Of a DNA stretch of 60,000 bases, positions 48,031 through 60,000 are shown one piece after another. Below the pieces are notes generated by a model. It ran no database searches. It was not told the origin of the DNA and worked only from the letters and a program-made list of their open reading frames with translations. The stretch is from Callorhinchus milii (Eukaryota). The translations under genes were made by a program, and so were the position numbers. Position 1 is the first letter of the stretch. Each line of letters opens with the position of its first letter. Location of the stretch: assembly GCF_018977255.1 (NCBI RefSeq), contig NW_024704742.1:118112001-118172000 (forward strand). The letters run 5' to 3'.

Positions 48031-49609
48031 AAGGTTATTATTTTCTAGTGCACATGAAGTGGGAATGGACAAATTCCAGGGCATCAGATCACAATCAACA
48101 TCAGTTCATGAAAAGCAACATTGGTGGTACATTTGCCATTTTATTTTGGAGCATAGCCTCCAGATGGATGGCTTGCTTGCATTCTGGAATTATTCAGAAG
48201 TAAATGCTAGGTTCCACACTCTAATTGCAATTTAAGGAAACCCCAATGTATACATACGTTTTGAAATTGATGCTTAACCTGGTTTTCGAACTTTATTTTG
48301 CCTAGCACACATCTACAATTCACACTTTACTACACGTCACTTGTACTCCAGTTAAACTTCTCTCTCTTCTTCGCACTCTCTCCCATCACAAGCACAGACG
48401 AGCAGACTATTTTGTTCAACAAAAAAAAGATACATCAAAATATATACATACATAAATGTTGTGTTTCTTAGTCAGCCAAGACAAATTGAATGAAGACTTT
48501 TAAAATGGGATTCAGATCTGGAGAAAGGTCATGGCCAGTCAGTGCAATATGATTCATCATACCACACTGCTGGGCATGTCATTTTATTTCTAAACACATT
48601 GGGCAGTTTTTGACTAAATTATTTGAATGCATATTTCACATGATTGCTCTCTGCTTCCCCTTAAAAAAAATCAGTTGCAACAGTTTACTAGAAATAAAAC
48701 TAGTGGCAATCTTATTTTTACTTTACAAAAAAGACATGCACACAAAAGTTTATTACACTGGTGGATGTAGGACTAAGCTCTGATTAAGCACGCCGAGTGA
48801 CAATGTTTATTGATCAGTAAAATTCAGCAAAAATAAATTTATACTCACCCACACTCCACAATACTATTAGCTTTTAACAATGGTCAATTTTGTTTTAAAC
48901 AAAAAGGCTTTCTCATTCTAATATGGGAAAGTGAAGAATATATAAAAAATAAGATCAGAGATGAAAGTGAGTTTGTATACAACATTGAATTTTTATGCAG
49001 TTATGTTTTATTCTTAATGAAGGTACGGGGAGGGGGCTTGATTTCATTAATGCAGCGGGAACTGGATCTCTTTGTTAGCTGAGTGGCAGATGTAATAGTG
49101 CGCATGTAGTCTAATGCTGCACCACACACTGTCTGGAAAGCAGAATGAAGCTGCAGGTGCTAAGAACGCAGATGCAACCTGCTTAGATTATAAATTGTGG
49201 CTCAGGCTAAGCCGCAGGAGTGTTACTTCTCTTGAAACAAATGTTGAAAAGGCATATAGATTTGACACATAAGAATTGTAATAGGGATTTCACTACCAAA
49301 AATAATTAAGTCATAAGCATTCATTTTGGAACGTATTTCAGAGGATCCTTTTCAATACTGCAATGTTAAGAGAAATAACTATTCAAACCGAAATAACATG
49401 TTAATGGTTTGACAATGAAGACTAAAATTTAAACTGCAGGATCTGTTTTTGCACTATGCACATATTGCTTAATTAACAGCCAGCTGTTCACGCAGAAAAA
49501 AAAACTGCCTCGCGGTTAAAGCACGTTGGTACAATTGGTAAATAAAAAAAGCCGGCACCCACTCACTGCATTTAGTTGCTCGTTTAATGGTGGCACTGGC
49601 AGATGACTG

Positions 49610-50112
49610 GAACAACAACAACAAGATTCCATTTATTGAGAGCCTTTCACGTCGGGAGGACGTCCCAAGGCGCTGGACAGTTGGGTCGGGACCCGAGCAG
49701 GGGGGAAATGGTCAGGGTGAGGGGAGGGAAGGGAGGGAGCGAGGAGGGGGTAGAGAGTCGAGAGGGGAGCTGAAGGCACGGTCAAAGAGAAAGGTCTTGA
49801 GACCGGCCTTGAAGTAGGAAAGGGAGGAAGTGGCGAAGGCACTGGGGGATAGAGTTCCAGAGCCTAGGGGCTGAAGGCCCGGCCACCGTTGGTAGGGCGG
49901 TTGGGGCGGGGGACGTGGAGCAGACCGGAACCAGAGGAACGGAGGGTACGGGCAGGTAGGTAGGGGGATAGTAGGTAGGAGAGGTAGGAGGGAGCAAGGC
50001 CATGAATGGCCTTATAGGTGAGGATCTTGAATTCGATCCTCTGGGGGATGGGGAGCCAGTGGAGGCGAGCGAGGGTGGGAGTGATGTGGTCCCGAAGCCT
50101 GGTGCGGGACAG
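49610..50112 (-). mobile_element. young 5'-truncated L2 3' end
   Basis: Encodes RDHITPTLARLHWLPIPQRIEFKILTYKAIHGLAPSYL; nearly identical to 18141-18519. Confidence 0.93.
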
Positions 50113-50129
50113 TGGAGACATCTAGAGAC

Positions 50130-50220
50130 ATGTCTTCTAGATGTCTCAAAGCGCTTCACAGAATATACTGTAAAGTGAATTGAACGTATATTTGTGGGCG
50201 AAACGCGGCAGCTAATTGTA
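50130..50220 (-). mobile_element. tRNA SINE body fragment abutting the L2
   Basis: CTCAAAGCGCTTCACAGAATATACTGTAAAGTGAATTG. Confidence 0.85.
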
Positions 50221-50822
50221 TAGCATCTTTCAAGCAGGATGAACCTTATGTTATGGTTATAGTTTCAGCATAAGCACACTCGCTGCACAATGAAAAGAAT
50301 CTATGTTCAAACTATTTCTAAATTACTGAAATGTGTACCTTTCAGGAGCCTTAACGTATATTGCAACACAGGTATGATTTTCAACAGACATTCCTGTATC
50401 AGTGAAAAATCAGTTTACAGAGACAGATGAAAATTACTCTGTCACACAGTTCAAATTAAACATAGAATAGACCACCATTAAACTTCCTTGCAATGTCATG
50501 TTACTTTGGAGGTTTACAACCAAATCCTATTAAGAGACAAGAATAATGAAAATATTGGTAAACGAATTTCTCAGGTCTGTCAGGGTTTTAAAATTGCAAC
50601 CAAATGCTAATAATCAAAGATTAAAAGGGTGTTTCACTTTGGGAAGAATTTCACTTTGAAGCTGCTGTTTCTTCAATCCACCGTTGTTTAATCAACAACC
50701 TAATGACGCAATATGGTAGTTTGGAACTTTGCAAATCAATTACTTCTCAATTTGATACAAAGTAACATGAGGAAGACATTCAGTTCACCAACGACATGAG
50801 GAATCTCCCATTCATAAGGCAC

Positions 50823-51200
50823 AATAATAATAATATTAATAATAATATTCCTTGCATTTGAAATAGTGCCTTATCACATCGTTGAGACATCTCAAAGCGC
50901 TTCACAGAATATACTATAAAGTGAACTGACGGTATATTTGGTGGGCAAAACGCAACAGCCAATTGCCCACAACAGTGTCCCACAAACAAAACAGTCGTGG
51001 ATTGAGTGACAATTTTTTTTGGAAGGAATTATTACCCCTGGAAAAGCGATCCGCCAATCAACTAACAACCAAGTTCCTACTTACTGCTAAAAGGCGTGTG
51101 GAGTAAGGAAACCTGTCCAACATTTCGTCCTGCCAGGAATCAAACCCAGGTCTCTCGCTTGCGAGGCGAGTGCTCTAACCACTGAGCTACAGGACTCCAC
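50823..51200 (-). mobile_element. young tRNA SINE (long subtype)
   Basis: Full head (GGACTCCAC at 51192-51200) and tail. Confidence 0.92.
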
Positions 51201-51295
51201 AAGAGATAGGATAAGAATCAGAAGGAAGGTTATCTACCCCAGAATGATTTTGTTTAACTTCAGTGCTCAGGGACATGCTTAAATTGCACAGATAC

Positions 51296-51610
51296 AATAA
51301 TAATAATACTTGCATTTGATATAGTGCTTTCCATGTCTTCTTGACATCTCAAAGCGCTTCACAGAATAGACTGTAAAGTGAATTGACTGTATATTTGTGG
51401 GCGAAATGCGGCAGCCAATTGCACACAGCAATGTCCACAAACAGCCTTGGATTGAAAATGACCAATTTATTATTGTTTTGTTTTTTGGAAAGATTATTAT
51501 CAGACATGTGGAGTAAAGAAACTTGCCCAAGGTTTTGCCCTGCCTGGAATTGAACTCAGGTGTCTCGCTTGCAAGGTGAGTGCAACAACTGAGCTACAGT
51601 AGGACTCCAC
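51296..51610 (-). mobile_element. young tRNA SINE (short subtype)
   Basis: Full head and tail; lacks the internal segment, like 3499-3823. Confidence 0.92.
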
Positions 51611-53039
51611 AATGAGAGAACTTGATTCACTCTCCACACAGCACATTGAAGCACTGAACTTAACAATTGGACTTGCCATTAGCAGTTAGCAGCCAATTCA
51701 AAACAGAATCAAAGAAAAAGTATTGATAGAAAATTTTAAAAAATTAAAAACACAGAAATGTCACCACTAAAAATTGGGACCAAAGCCTCCTTTAATTATT
51801 GAAGAGCCCATCCAATTCATTTTGCCACACATGCAATGCACAAATTGGATCAGTGATGAATAATTCACACATTTGGAGTGGGCTATGTCTGCAAACAGCA
51901 AATTCCTGATCTCAGCTACCCAGGCAGTCAAACTAGTTTCTAATTTGAATAGAAACAAATCACCCGTTCCCTCGCCACTCCCAGTCCATTCTAGTAGGTG
52001 CATAGCAGAAGCGAAAACTTTTAAACAGAGCAAGTTACATAAAAAGTACATGTCAAAGAACTTTAATTTATGTGGCAGCTAATTTGCATCTGTAGTATCT
52101 TACAAACAATGAAGTAAACAACGTATTCATTTGAAACTGGAGAGTATTTGGACAGTGAGGGAATAAAATAATACCCAGGAGAAAAAGCTTCAGGTTTCTA
52201 TGAAATAGTAACAATGGCTATTAACATTCATCTGAATCATAAGGGAGATGGGACTTAATTTAATAACAATCAAAGAAGGTAATATCTGGAAATGAATAAA
52301 CTTTAACATTTCAGGAAAGAAAAATGGAAATTTCAAAACTGGAAGAGAAAGGAAGTATAAGGGGGGGGAATAGAAAACTAAAATGGAAGACAGAAAAGGG
52401 CAAAAATACCAAGAAATCACATCTTAAAACAACAACAAAAATCTGGGGGCTTTATTAGAAGTTAGAAACTATCCCAAAGTTCAAGATCAAGAGGAAATGC
52501 AAAAATAAAAGAAATCATAAAATGGCATAATATCTCCTCCTACAGGACTAATTGGTTACTGCAGGAAGATGTCATCAGTGTTAACACTGGGCATTCTGTG
52601 CATTTTACTTTGCATTCTCACTGCAGTGCTAATAAAACCAAAACGAATTTTGTTAATGGAAACATTTGTTTCAATAGCTAATGCATTTCAGTAGGAATGG
52701 GATTTAAATTATAGAACAAGTAAAGTTCATCTAAAATATGGGTGGCGAAGAGCCACTCAGTCAGCATAAATTATGCATTGAAACAAACCACAGAGTAATG
52801 CACTTATAAATATGAAAACCTAAAAAACGATGTTAATTACAAAAAGATAAAAGAAGCACATTGTTTCTCCCAGGCAGAACAGGGCAGCCATTTAGACCCC
52901 CAAAGGCAGGTTTTATCCCAGTATGTACCAGGAAAGTTGAATTAGAATTAAAGCAGAATGAAAATTCACAGAAATGAAACTATGAATTAGAAAGAGAGCA
53001 GTGAGTATCCTGAATTAAATCTCTAAAAACTGAATCTAA

Positions 53040-53155
53040 ATAATAACAATAATACTTGTATTTGACATAGTGCCTTATCATGTCATCAAGATGTCTCAAA
53101 GCGCTTCACAAGATATACTGTAAAATGAATTGACAGTGTAATTCGTGGGCGAACC
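53040..53155 (-). mobile_element. 3' fragment of tRNA SINE
   Basis: Tail and stem-loop in reverse complement. Confidence 0.82.
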
Positions 53156-53498
53156 TTTGACCACTGGCTCTACAGGGCCCCAATACATTTAACCACAAGT
53201 CCAAAGCGCATCAGTTTATTAGAACTCCTCAAATTGTTTCAGTGCAAAGAACTGAGGCTCCCCACTCCTCTACCTCAGTTGAACAGTTGAGTGGTATTCA
53301 CTTTCTACTCAAATATGAAAAATCACACTAAAATAAGGTATCAAATCGCACAGCTTCCTTGGCCATGTACCCCAGCCAATGTATCCAGAAAAAGAAGGAA
53401 ATGGAATCTCTGCTCCATTTCTCATGGAAATATTCTACAACTGAATCTGGATTTTTGGACCTTTGTAGGATTCGGCAGCATAAAACGGTATCACTCAC

Positions 53499-53565
53499 TG
53501 TACTTTTGTCCTTCAGTAACTTTTCGATGATCTCAATTAGTGGTTCTTTCTGTTCTGGATCGAGG
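53499..53565 (-). CDS. AP3B1: AP3B1 exon (approx. 6), 67 nt, (S)LDPEQKEPLIEIIEKLLKDKST
   Basis: cag| and |gtgagt; phase 2 to 0 fits neighbours. Confidence 0.96.
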
Positions 53566-54013
53566 CTGTAGGTGCAAAAAAAGGATCAAGATTGCAACAA
53601 TGCACATAAGAAGCTTGAAAGTAATTCTAAAATTTTCATTGCATTCCTGCAGGGCAATTCGCCTGCCCTTTGATATAGTTGGAGTCTAGTCCAGCAACGG
53701 TAACTAAAACACTAGGGTGTTGCATCAAGCCATATATTTGCCTTTTTTTTATGGATGGTCTAAAAAAACCATGGCTCAGTAAGTGACTGTTAATTCTGCA
53801 TTTATAACTCTGCATACAGATCTGAGTAATTTTATATGGGAATGAGTTGGGAAAGGACCATACTTCATCTCTAGTATTGTCTCCAATACAATCTCAGGAC
53901 ACAAACATTCTTGTAAGGAATTCATAGTATAATTGAGAATAATTGCTGACTTGTTGGGGCGAATGGCCAGTTTCTGTGTTGTAAGTCTAAACAATTTTTA
54001 TACCTTTACCCAC

Positions 54014-54174
54014 CTGTAAAGCTTTTGAATGGCATGAGCAGCAGTTTTTCTGACGTATGGAGACAGGTCACTGGCAGCCTCCTTAATGGACAGCATCATT
54101 ATTGGAACAATAATTGGAACTCGGATACTGGACAGAACTCGGAGAGCACTGGCACGAATCAACTGATTAGGATC
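54014..54174 (-). CDS. AP3B1: AP3B1 exon (approx. 5), 161 nt, [53 protein letters not shown]
   Basis: tag| and |gtgggt; DPNQLIRA and PYVRKTAA motifs. Confidence 0.97.
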
Positions 54175-55791
54175 CTACAAAGAATAATAGAACAGAATAC
54201 ACATGAAGGTATTTTCACAAACTATATTTCAGAAAGGAGTATCTCACTCTCCAATCCACTTGTACCTCCCCTACCACCAACCCCCAAAACAAAAAACAGG
54301 AGAGCATCAACTCACCCCAGAATGCAATTTCATAAACGACGGTAACTTGATCAAATAATTATTGCATTTAGTGATATCCCAAACCACTTCAGCAGGTATA
54401 CAGGGCAAATCAGAAGTCCTTACTCATAGAGTTTTTAAGTATTAATTGTTTTTTACTTCAACATTCATAGAGCGTGCAGCTATTACAAAAGATATCATTC
54501 ATCACATTTGTGAAAGTTCTTGTCATCGAGTTGATGTGTGTAAACGTCTACACGTCATGCAGTTTAAACATCTCATTTGTAGGAGTAAGGACTTATGATT
54601 CACCCTGTATACTTGAGGAGATATCACAACTGAATCCACCACACCACACACAAGTGCACATTCTTTCTGGAGAGGACCATTGGATCAGAACCCCAGAAGC
54701 AATGTTTCCACTTCTTCAAGAATACTAAGCTCAAATGCAACACCCCAGCACCACCTTGACAGAGAATGGCTAATTCAGCAGAGATCGGCGATCAAACCTG
54801 AGCCTAGCTTCCTCTCTAGTTCAATTGCCCCAACACAGTGTAACTACACACATTTTTAAAAACAAATTTAAAGGAAATGAAATAGGAAATTGTTCAGAAT
54901 GCTAAAATAATAAATAAAATTTATTCTGAAAGTTAAAATGTAAATACAATTGGCATTTATTGCTTTCTTCCCTGATTTTATGCTTTGAATTGTTATATTT
55001 TAAGACTCTTAAAATTTAGAGCCTAGGCTCTTGTAATTAAATAACAAAACCTTCCATTTCATATGTTGACTGTGGTCGACATATCTCAAAACTGCTTCAC
55101 ACAATGAGTCAGTTTGAAGCGTGACAATAGATAGGTACTCAAATGTGGCATCTAATCTGTACCAACCACAAACTAAAAATAATAAGGCGAATATCTAAGC
55201 GTATGAGATCAAGTGAAACAGTGTTCTCACTCTCCATCCCTATCCGGTGACTCAAAAATGTAACTATGAACATTAGGTGAAGGCAGGATCCGATTGATTT
55301 ATATTCAAGTAGCCTCAAACACGCACATGAAGTATGGCCACCTGAGCGAGCAATTATTCTGAATTAAAGTGTTCCATACCACCTATTGCCACCCTCAGTG
55401 GAGAAGGAGTGAGGAGAGGACTTCAAGGAGGAGCTTAAAAAAAAGAGATTAGCAAACCTTTCGGGTGCATTTCTAAAATTATTCATGCATCACTTTTAAC
55501 TAAAGTTACAAAATACATTTTCAATACTATGTGCCGATTTTTCATAACATTTTCTACTTAACACTGCTTCATGAAGTCTTCACTTCACAAGGTGCAAATG
55601 TTTGTGCCATTTATTCACAGAACTGGATACTATGGAGATACACGTAGAGAACTGAAATAAACCTGAACAATTTAAAATGCAAAATCACTGTTCAATAAAC
55701 ATTGAAAAATGAACTAAACACTCATAATGCTGCAAATTGGTGTTATATTAACAGTACTTCAAGCAACATTTGCAAATCTGTTGAAACTAAC

Positions 55792-55887
55792 CTTCAATGC
55801 ACGCTGAAATGTGCTGATCGACAGTAGGGCCAAATCTTGTTGCTCTTCCGCATAGCGTACAAGGTAAACATATACTAATTTCTTTAA
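55792..55887 (-). CDS. AP3B1: AP3B1 exon (approx. 4), 96 nt, [32 protein letters not shown]
   Basis: cag| and |gttagt; hallmark KKLVYVYL motif of beta-adaptins. Confidence 0.97.
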
Positions 55888-57299
55888 CTGCAGAGACAGA
55901 TACACAAAATATATTTACAGCTAGTTCATTAAACATGGCAACAAATGCAGCTTGTAGTAAAATTTATAATTTAGGCTTTTAAATCTGATGTGCTTGAATT
56001 ATATAGAGGCCTACTATGTTCAACATTATTCAGCTAAACACAAGACAAACTTCAGTACATTTCATTGGCCATTGTGTACATAGAATAAAAGTATTCTGTG
56101 TAAAAAATAAATTGGCATTACACTACATGGGTTAATTTATTTATTTACTGGACAAAACTGCAATTCAAGTAATCTAATGTGAACTGTCTGATTTCAATGT
56201 TCATAAATTATATAACCTGGCCAAAGATCATCACTAATGAGTCTATAATCTATAGTCGATGATAAAAGACTCGATCTTAAACTCTACTGAAATAAAATCA
56301 GTCACATGACTACATTACCCTCCAAATGTGCAAAACCCTTAGCACAATATTCATGAATAGCACTTAAGGCTTTTGTAGGATTAAGACAACCACACAGATA
56401 TAAATGTTGGATTACATTGAAATGTAAAGTCACCTTCCACTACACTAAAATAGCTGTGATCATCCTCAATTTGCACGTGCTTGGCCTACGGAACAGATAT
56501 TTAGAGCAAGATTAAGCTTTTTGTATTTAGCCTACACAGATGAGCCAGGCAGGCCGGCCAATCATCAGCGGTGTCGTGGAGTACTGCAAATGTGCCTGGC
56601 TCGAGCATTGGATCACAGATCACAGTTGACTCAGTTTCGTTCTCCCTTCACCAGGTATGTCACCTTGCAGCCAGCTGAATCTCAGAGAAAGCCCGCTTGC
56701 CTCACCTTCCCCTGCCTCCACAATAATAGTCACAACTTGGTCCTCAAACAACTAAGCCCGGGTTTGAGCTCTCATGAGATGCACAAGGGCATCAAGAACT
56801 CATCCTAAGCAGCTCTGTAAGCAACACACCTGCATATAATACAAGAGCACATTACCACTGCCAGGAGACACACTATAATATAATGAATTTCAACTCCAGC
56901 ATTTTGTGGTGTTAAGCCTCAGCTTTAGATGCCTAGAATTCTGCACTAAACCAGAGTAACCACAAAATCCCAGAAAAACACATGCTCATGAAACCACTCC
57001 CAGTATCACCTTCTAAATCTATCTCACAAGTTTGGACCTGGATTTTATCCACAAGTCATAGGAACCTTTCACTGTATGCCTAGGTACTCTAATTCAATAA
57101 AGCAGAATATTTGGAAACGCTAGTTAGCATGCTATAAACTAATGCTCAACAACGAGTCACAAATGTGCAACTTTCACTCACTTGGTAAAGCTGCTGCCTA
57201 GGATAAAACTGAAAGAGACCAGAATTACAACAGGTTTGATTCTTTGTCTGACTTCTGCTGATAGCTAGCTTCAAAGAGTCAATAATGGAGAAGGGTATT

Positions 57300-57500
57300 A
57301 ATAATAATTATCTGATATAGCACCATTTGATATTGCAGTTTATCACGTTGTTGAGACGTCTCAAAGCTTTACAGAATATATTGTAAATTAGATTGACTGT
57401 ATATTTTGGGGGCAAAACATGGTGGCCAATTGCACACAATGGTGTCCCACAAACAGTCGTGGATTGAGCGACTATTTGTTTTAGCCATTTTTGTTAGGGA
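57300..57500 (-). mobile_element. 3' half of tRNA SINE
   Basis: GTCCCACAAACAGTCGTGGATTGAG motif and tail. Confidence 0.8.
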
Positions 57501-58579
57501 TATTACCCAGGAAAGCAATCTGGGAGTCATAACAGGTAAATAAAGAGCAGAGAAGTAAAAACATCCAGGTCTCCTGCTGCTAAATGCTATCTGGTGAAAA
57601 ATGCTATCTTGCTGAAAAATGCCCAAGTGGGTGTCCACTGAGGACAGGATCAGGCTCAGCTTTGATGCCAAGTTAAATAGCCTGCCAATTGTCCCCATCT
57701 TGGTTCACATACGAACAAAATATGGCACACACTATTTTCACTCCCTCAATATGTACTGTCCCCCAACAGCAGTCACTGCATTCACATGAGAAAATTGAGT
57801 GAAAATAGTGTATACGAATCAGTTTTTACATGAAGAAATGCATTCCATGATCTATAATCTTAATGGGATAAAATGAACAGAAACTGCATAAAAGATGGTT
57901 TCAAAAATATTGTATTTAGAATTATTTTAGGTTATCACAATTTGTGCCTCTCCCTTTCTGCACAGCAGCCCAATATTAAATCACAGAAGATTGCAAAACA
58001 GTCGATTTGTTCTTGTCTTGGTGTAGATTAGATAAAATCAATGCTAACCACGAGAGACCTATGGATCGTCTGACTGCAGTTCTGAGTGAAAGCCTCCTTT
58101 CCCAAAAAAACAATGTGTGACCAGAAACAGGAGCACTCAAGGCGACGTGACTAGGCTCCCAGACCAAGCGTTATTTCTCACAGTCCTACTATGCTTCCTG
58201 ATGTGATTCTAATCAGAAGACTACTGTGTTAGGCATTAAAAACACAGGCAGACCTGCCAAAGAAAGCAGTTTAATTGATCCATCAATACTAGTGCACTAA
58301 ACTCCGTGACATACTGGTCAAATCTCCGATTTTTTTTTTAAACTGTACCCTGGTGATTCTTTAATGTTAATTTTGGACTCATTTCTATTCTCTAAAAATG
58401 CCCCATCCTGTGACCCAGTTTGACTATCAATGCAGCGCACTCATTTAAAACTCTGCATAATCTTACCCACCAGTCATTATACTATATCAACTCCACTAAA
58501 TACAGCTGAAACTCCATCTCTAACCAACTTAGGAAAAGAAGAGTGGAACAAAGTACCAGAAAACAAATACTATTCAGGC

Positions 58580-58985
58580 ATCAGCTTGGCTCAATTGGTA
58601 GCAATTCTCGCTTCAGGGTCAGAAGATTGTGGGTTCAAGCCCTACAATGGACCTTTGAGATCAAAGTCTAGGCTGTCACCAATGCAGTGCTTGATCGTCA
58701 AAAATGCTGTCCTTTACATGACAGATAAACTGAGATCCTGTCTGTTTTTTCAGGTGGGCGTTAAAGGTCCAATGGCACTATCTGAAAAGGAATCTCTCCC
58801 AGTGGCCTGGTCAACAACCTCCAAGACAATCTCCAAAAAATGGTAAATCACTTCATGGCATTATTGTGCAAAAATTGGTTGTCATGTTCGTCTACTGATA
58901 TATAGTCACTATACCCTACAGAAAATGCAAACGTTTGAAACATTTCAGTGTGCTGCAAAGATTATTATGATGCTATCAATTAAAT
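58580..58985 (+). mobile_element. full-length degenerate Deu-domain SINE (SacSINE1-like)
   Basis: tRNA-like head TGGCTCAATTGGTAGC..GGGTTCAAGCCC; Deu-like core CAGGTGGGCGTTAAAGGTCCAATGGCACTAT; AAAATTGGTTGTCATGTT. Confidence 0.75.
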
Positions 58986-59127
58986 AAAGTAAAGCACATC
59001 ATCGCATTAAAATGACACAATGGAATATTTTGCACTGATTTGTTGTATGTAAACCATTAAGTACATGTTCTGAAGCCCTTGAAAGGTGTGGGTCAAGTGT
59101 ACACAGACTACACTTGTGTTAACATAC

Positions 59128-59202
59128 CTCAATGTTTTTACTAGCTACATTCTTCACAACAGCAGGAAATAACTCAGAGGCATTTTTTCCTTTAGCAATC
59201 AT
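59128..59202 (-). CDS. AP3B1: AP3B1 exon (approx. exon 3), 75 nt, [25 protein letters not shown]
   Basis: cag| acceptor, |gtatgt donor; beta-adaptin N-terminal trunk sequence. Confidence 0.97.
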
Positions 59203-60000
59203 CTGTAAATAAAGAAATATACGCGATTTCAGTAACAGCTACTCAAAATATGTATGTACACAGAAAGAGATCCTTTTATCAACATGTAGTTTTTAGACCA
59301 GAATCATTGGACATAATTGACATGTACGTTTAAGCCAATTATTATTAAGCACTTCAAGTTGGAATGACAACCAATGGGTTAATTCCTGATGTTTGTTTGG
59401 GGAGGAAGCTCAGAGGGCCACTTATCAGTGGTTCTGAGTGTTATGCGTCCCGTGATCCAATGTGCTATGGTAGGTTAAAAAACAGTTTTCCACATTAGTT
59501 CACATATTATTTGCAAATGTACATTTTACAACTACAAAGCCTCTCGTATTGTAAAAAGCAGTATTCATTCCGAGGGCTCAGGACAAACTGATGTGAATAT
59601 AGTGAATCCTCTCTTGAAACTACACAGTACAAACATGAACCTGACTTCAGCTCCTCAGTTGTTATAATTGCCATGCAACAGTTCAGTTGCATATTTTTGG
59701 GAGAAGAAATTATTGCATTTGATACATTGAAAAATAATGTTCCCAATCTAATTTCTCAAAAAAGTAATTAAGATAAATATCTGAAAATGTTCTCTTTAGA
59801 GCACCCCAATACTGGTGTTTTTAGGCACTAAACAAATTTTTAAAATCTCCCAGAAGCTGTTCCAAACTATGCTAGATGAATCCATTTCTTCACTTTCCCT
59901 TTGCAATTCAAAACTTTGTTCAAGTTCGTCAGATCCGACAACACCCATTGCCCGAAGCACGTTGATCCACTGCATACGCAGCACAGAAAGCCAAGGCTTG

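Larger units (their letters stand above)
831..59202 (-). other. AP3B1: AP3B1 gene body (partial: 18 internal coding exons; 5' and 3' ends outside window)
   Basis: All 18 exons have AG/GT boundaries and compatible phases and join into 720 uninterrupted codons. Residues [14 protein letters not shown] and [16 protein letters not shown] match AP3B1 rather than AP3B2 (KNVACK, SPTQN, TYIRSMDKDF). Confidence 0.95.

Noticed and set aside
831..59202. AP3B2 assignment; U12-type introns
   Set aside because: Most diagnostic residues are AP3B1-type, and all donors are ordinary GT with none matching GTATCCTT.
59796..59984. ORF as AP3B1 exon 2
   Set aside because: No similarity to the expected DLKQMLES..KLDAMKRI peptide; exon 2 must lie beyond the window.

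Overview
Vertebrate genomic DNA, most likely a cartilaginous fish (inferred from the Deu-type/tRNA SINEs, CR1, L2 and Penelope-like repeats). The whole window lies inside one gene on the minus strand, AP3B1 (AP-3 adaptor beta-1/beta3A). Eighteen consecutive GT-AG coding exons (59202 down to 831; equivalent to human exons 3-20 by my recollection of the human structure) splice into one open frame of 2160 nt (720 codons). They cover the HEAT trunk and the start of the acidic Ser-rich hinge; the start codon, clathrin box and ear exons lie outside the window. The introns hold a 3.6-kb decayed L2 LINE, many L2/CR1 3' fragments, a young tRNA-derived SINE family sharing the L2 3' stem-loop, older SINEs, two TIR elements, a Penelope-like fragment with a degenerate hammerhead ribozyme, and several repeat-free blocks that look like conserved enhancers. 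The most unusual signal is the 5' end of the L2 insertion: a compact YY1/E2F/CRE/ETS motif cluster, an ATG, a splice donor and an ORF that all face opposite to the L2, i.e. in the AP3B1 direction. I found no clearly new protein-coding system. Repeat family names come from pattern recognition, not database searches, and repeat boundaries are approximate.
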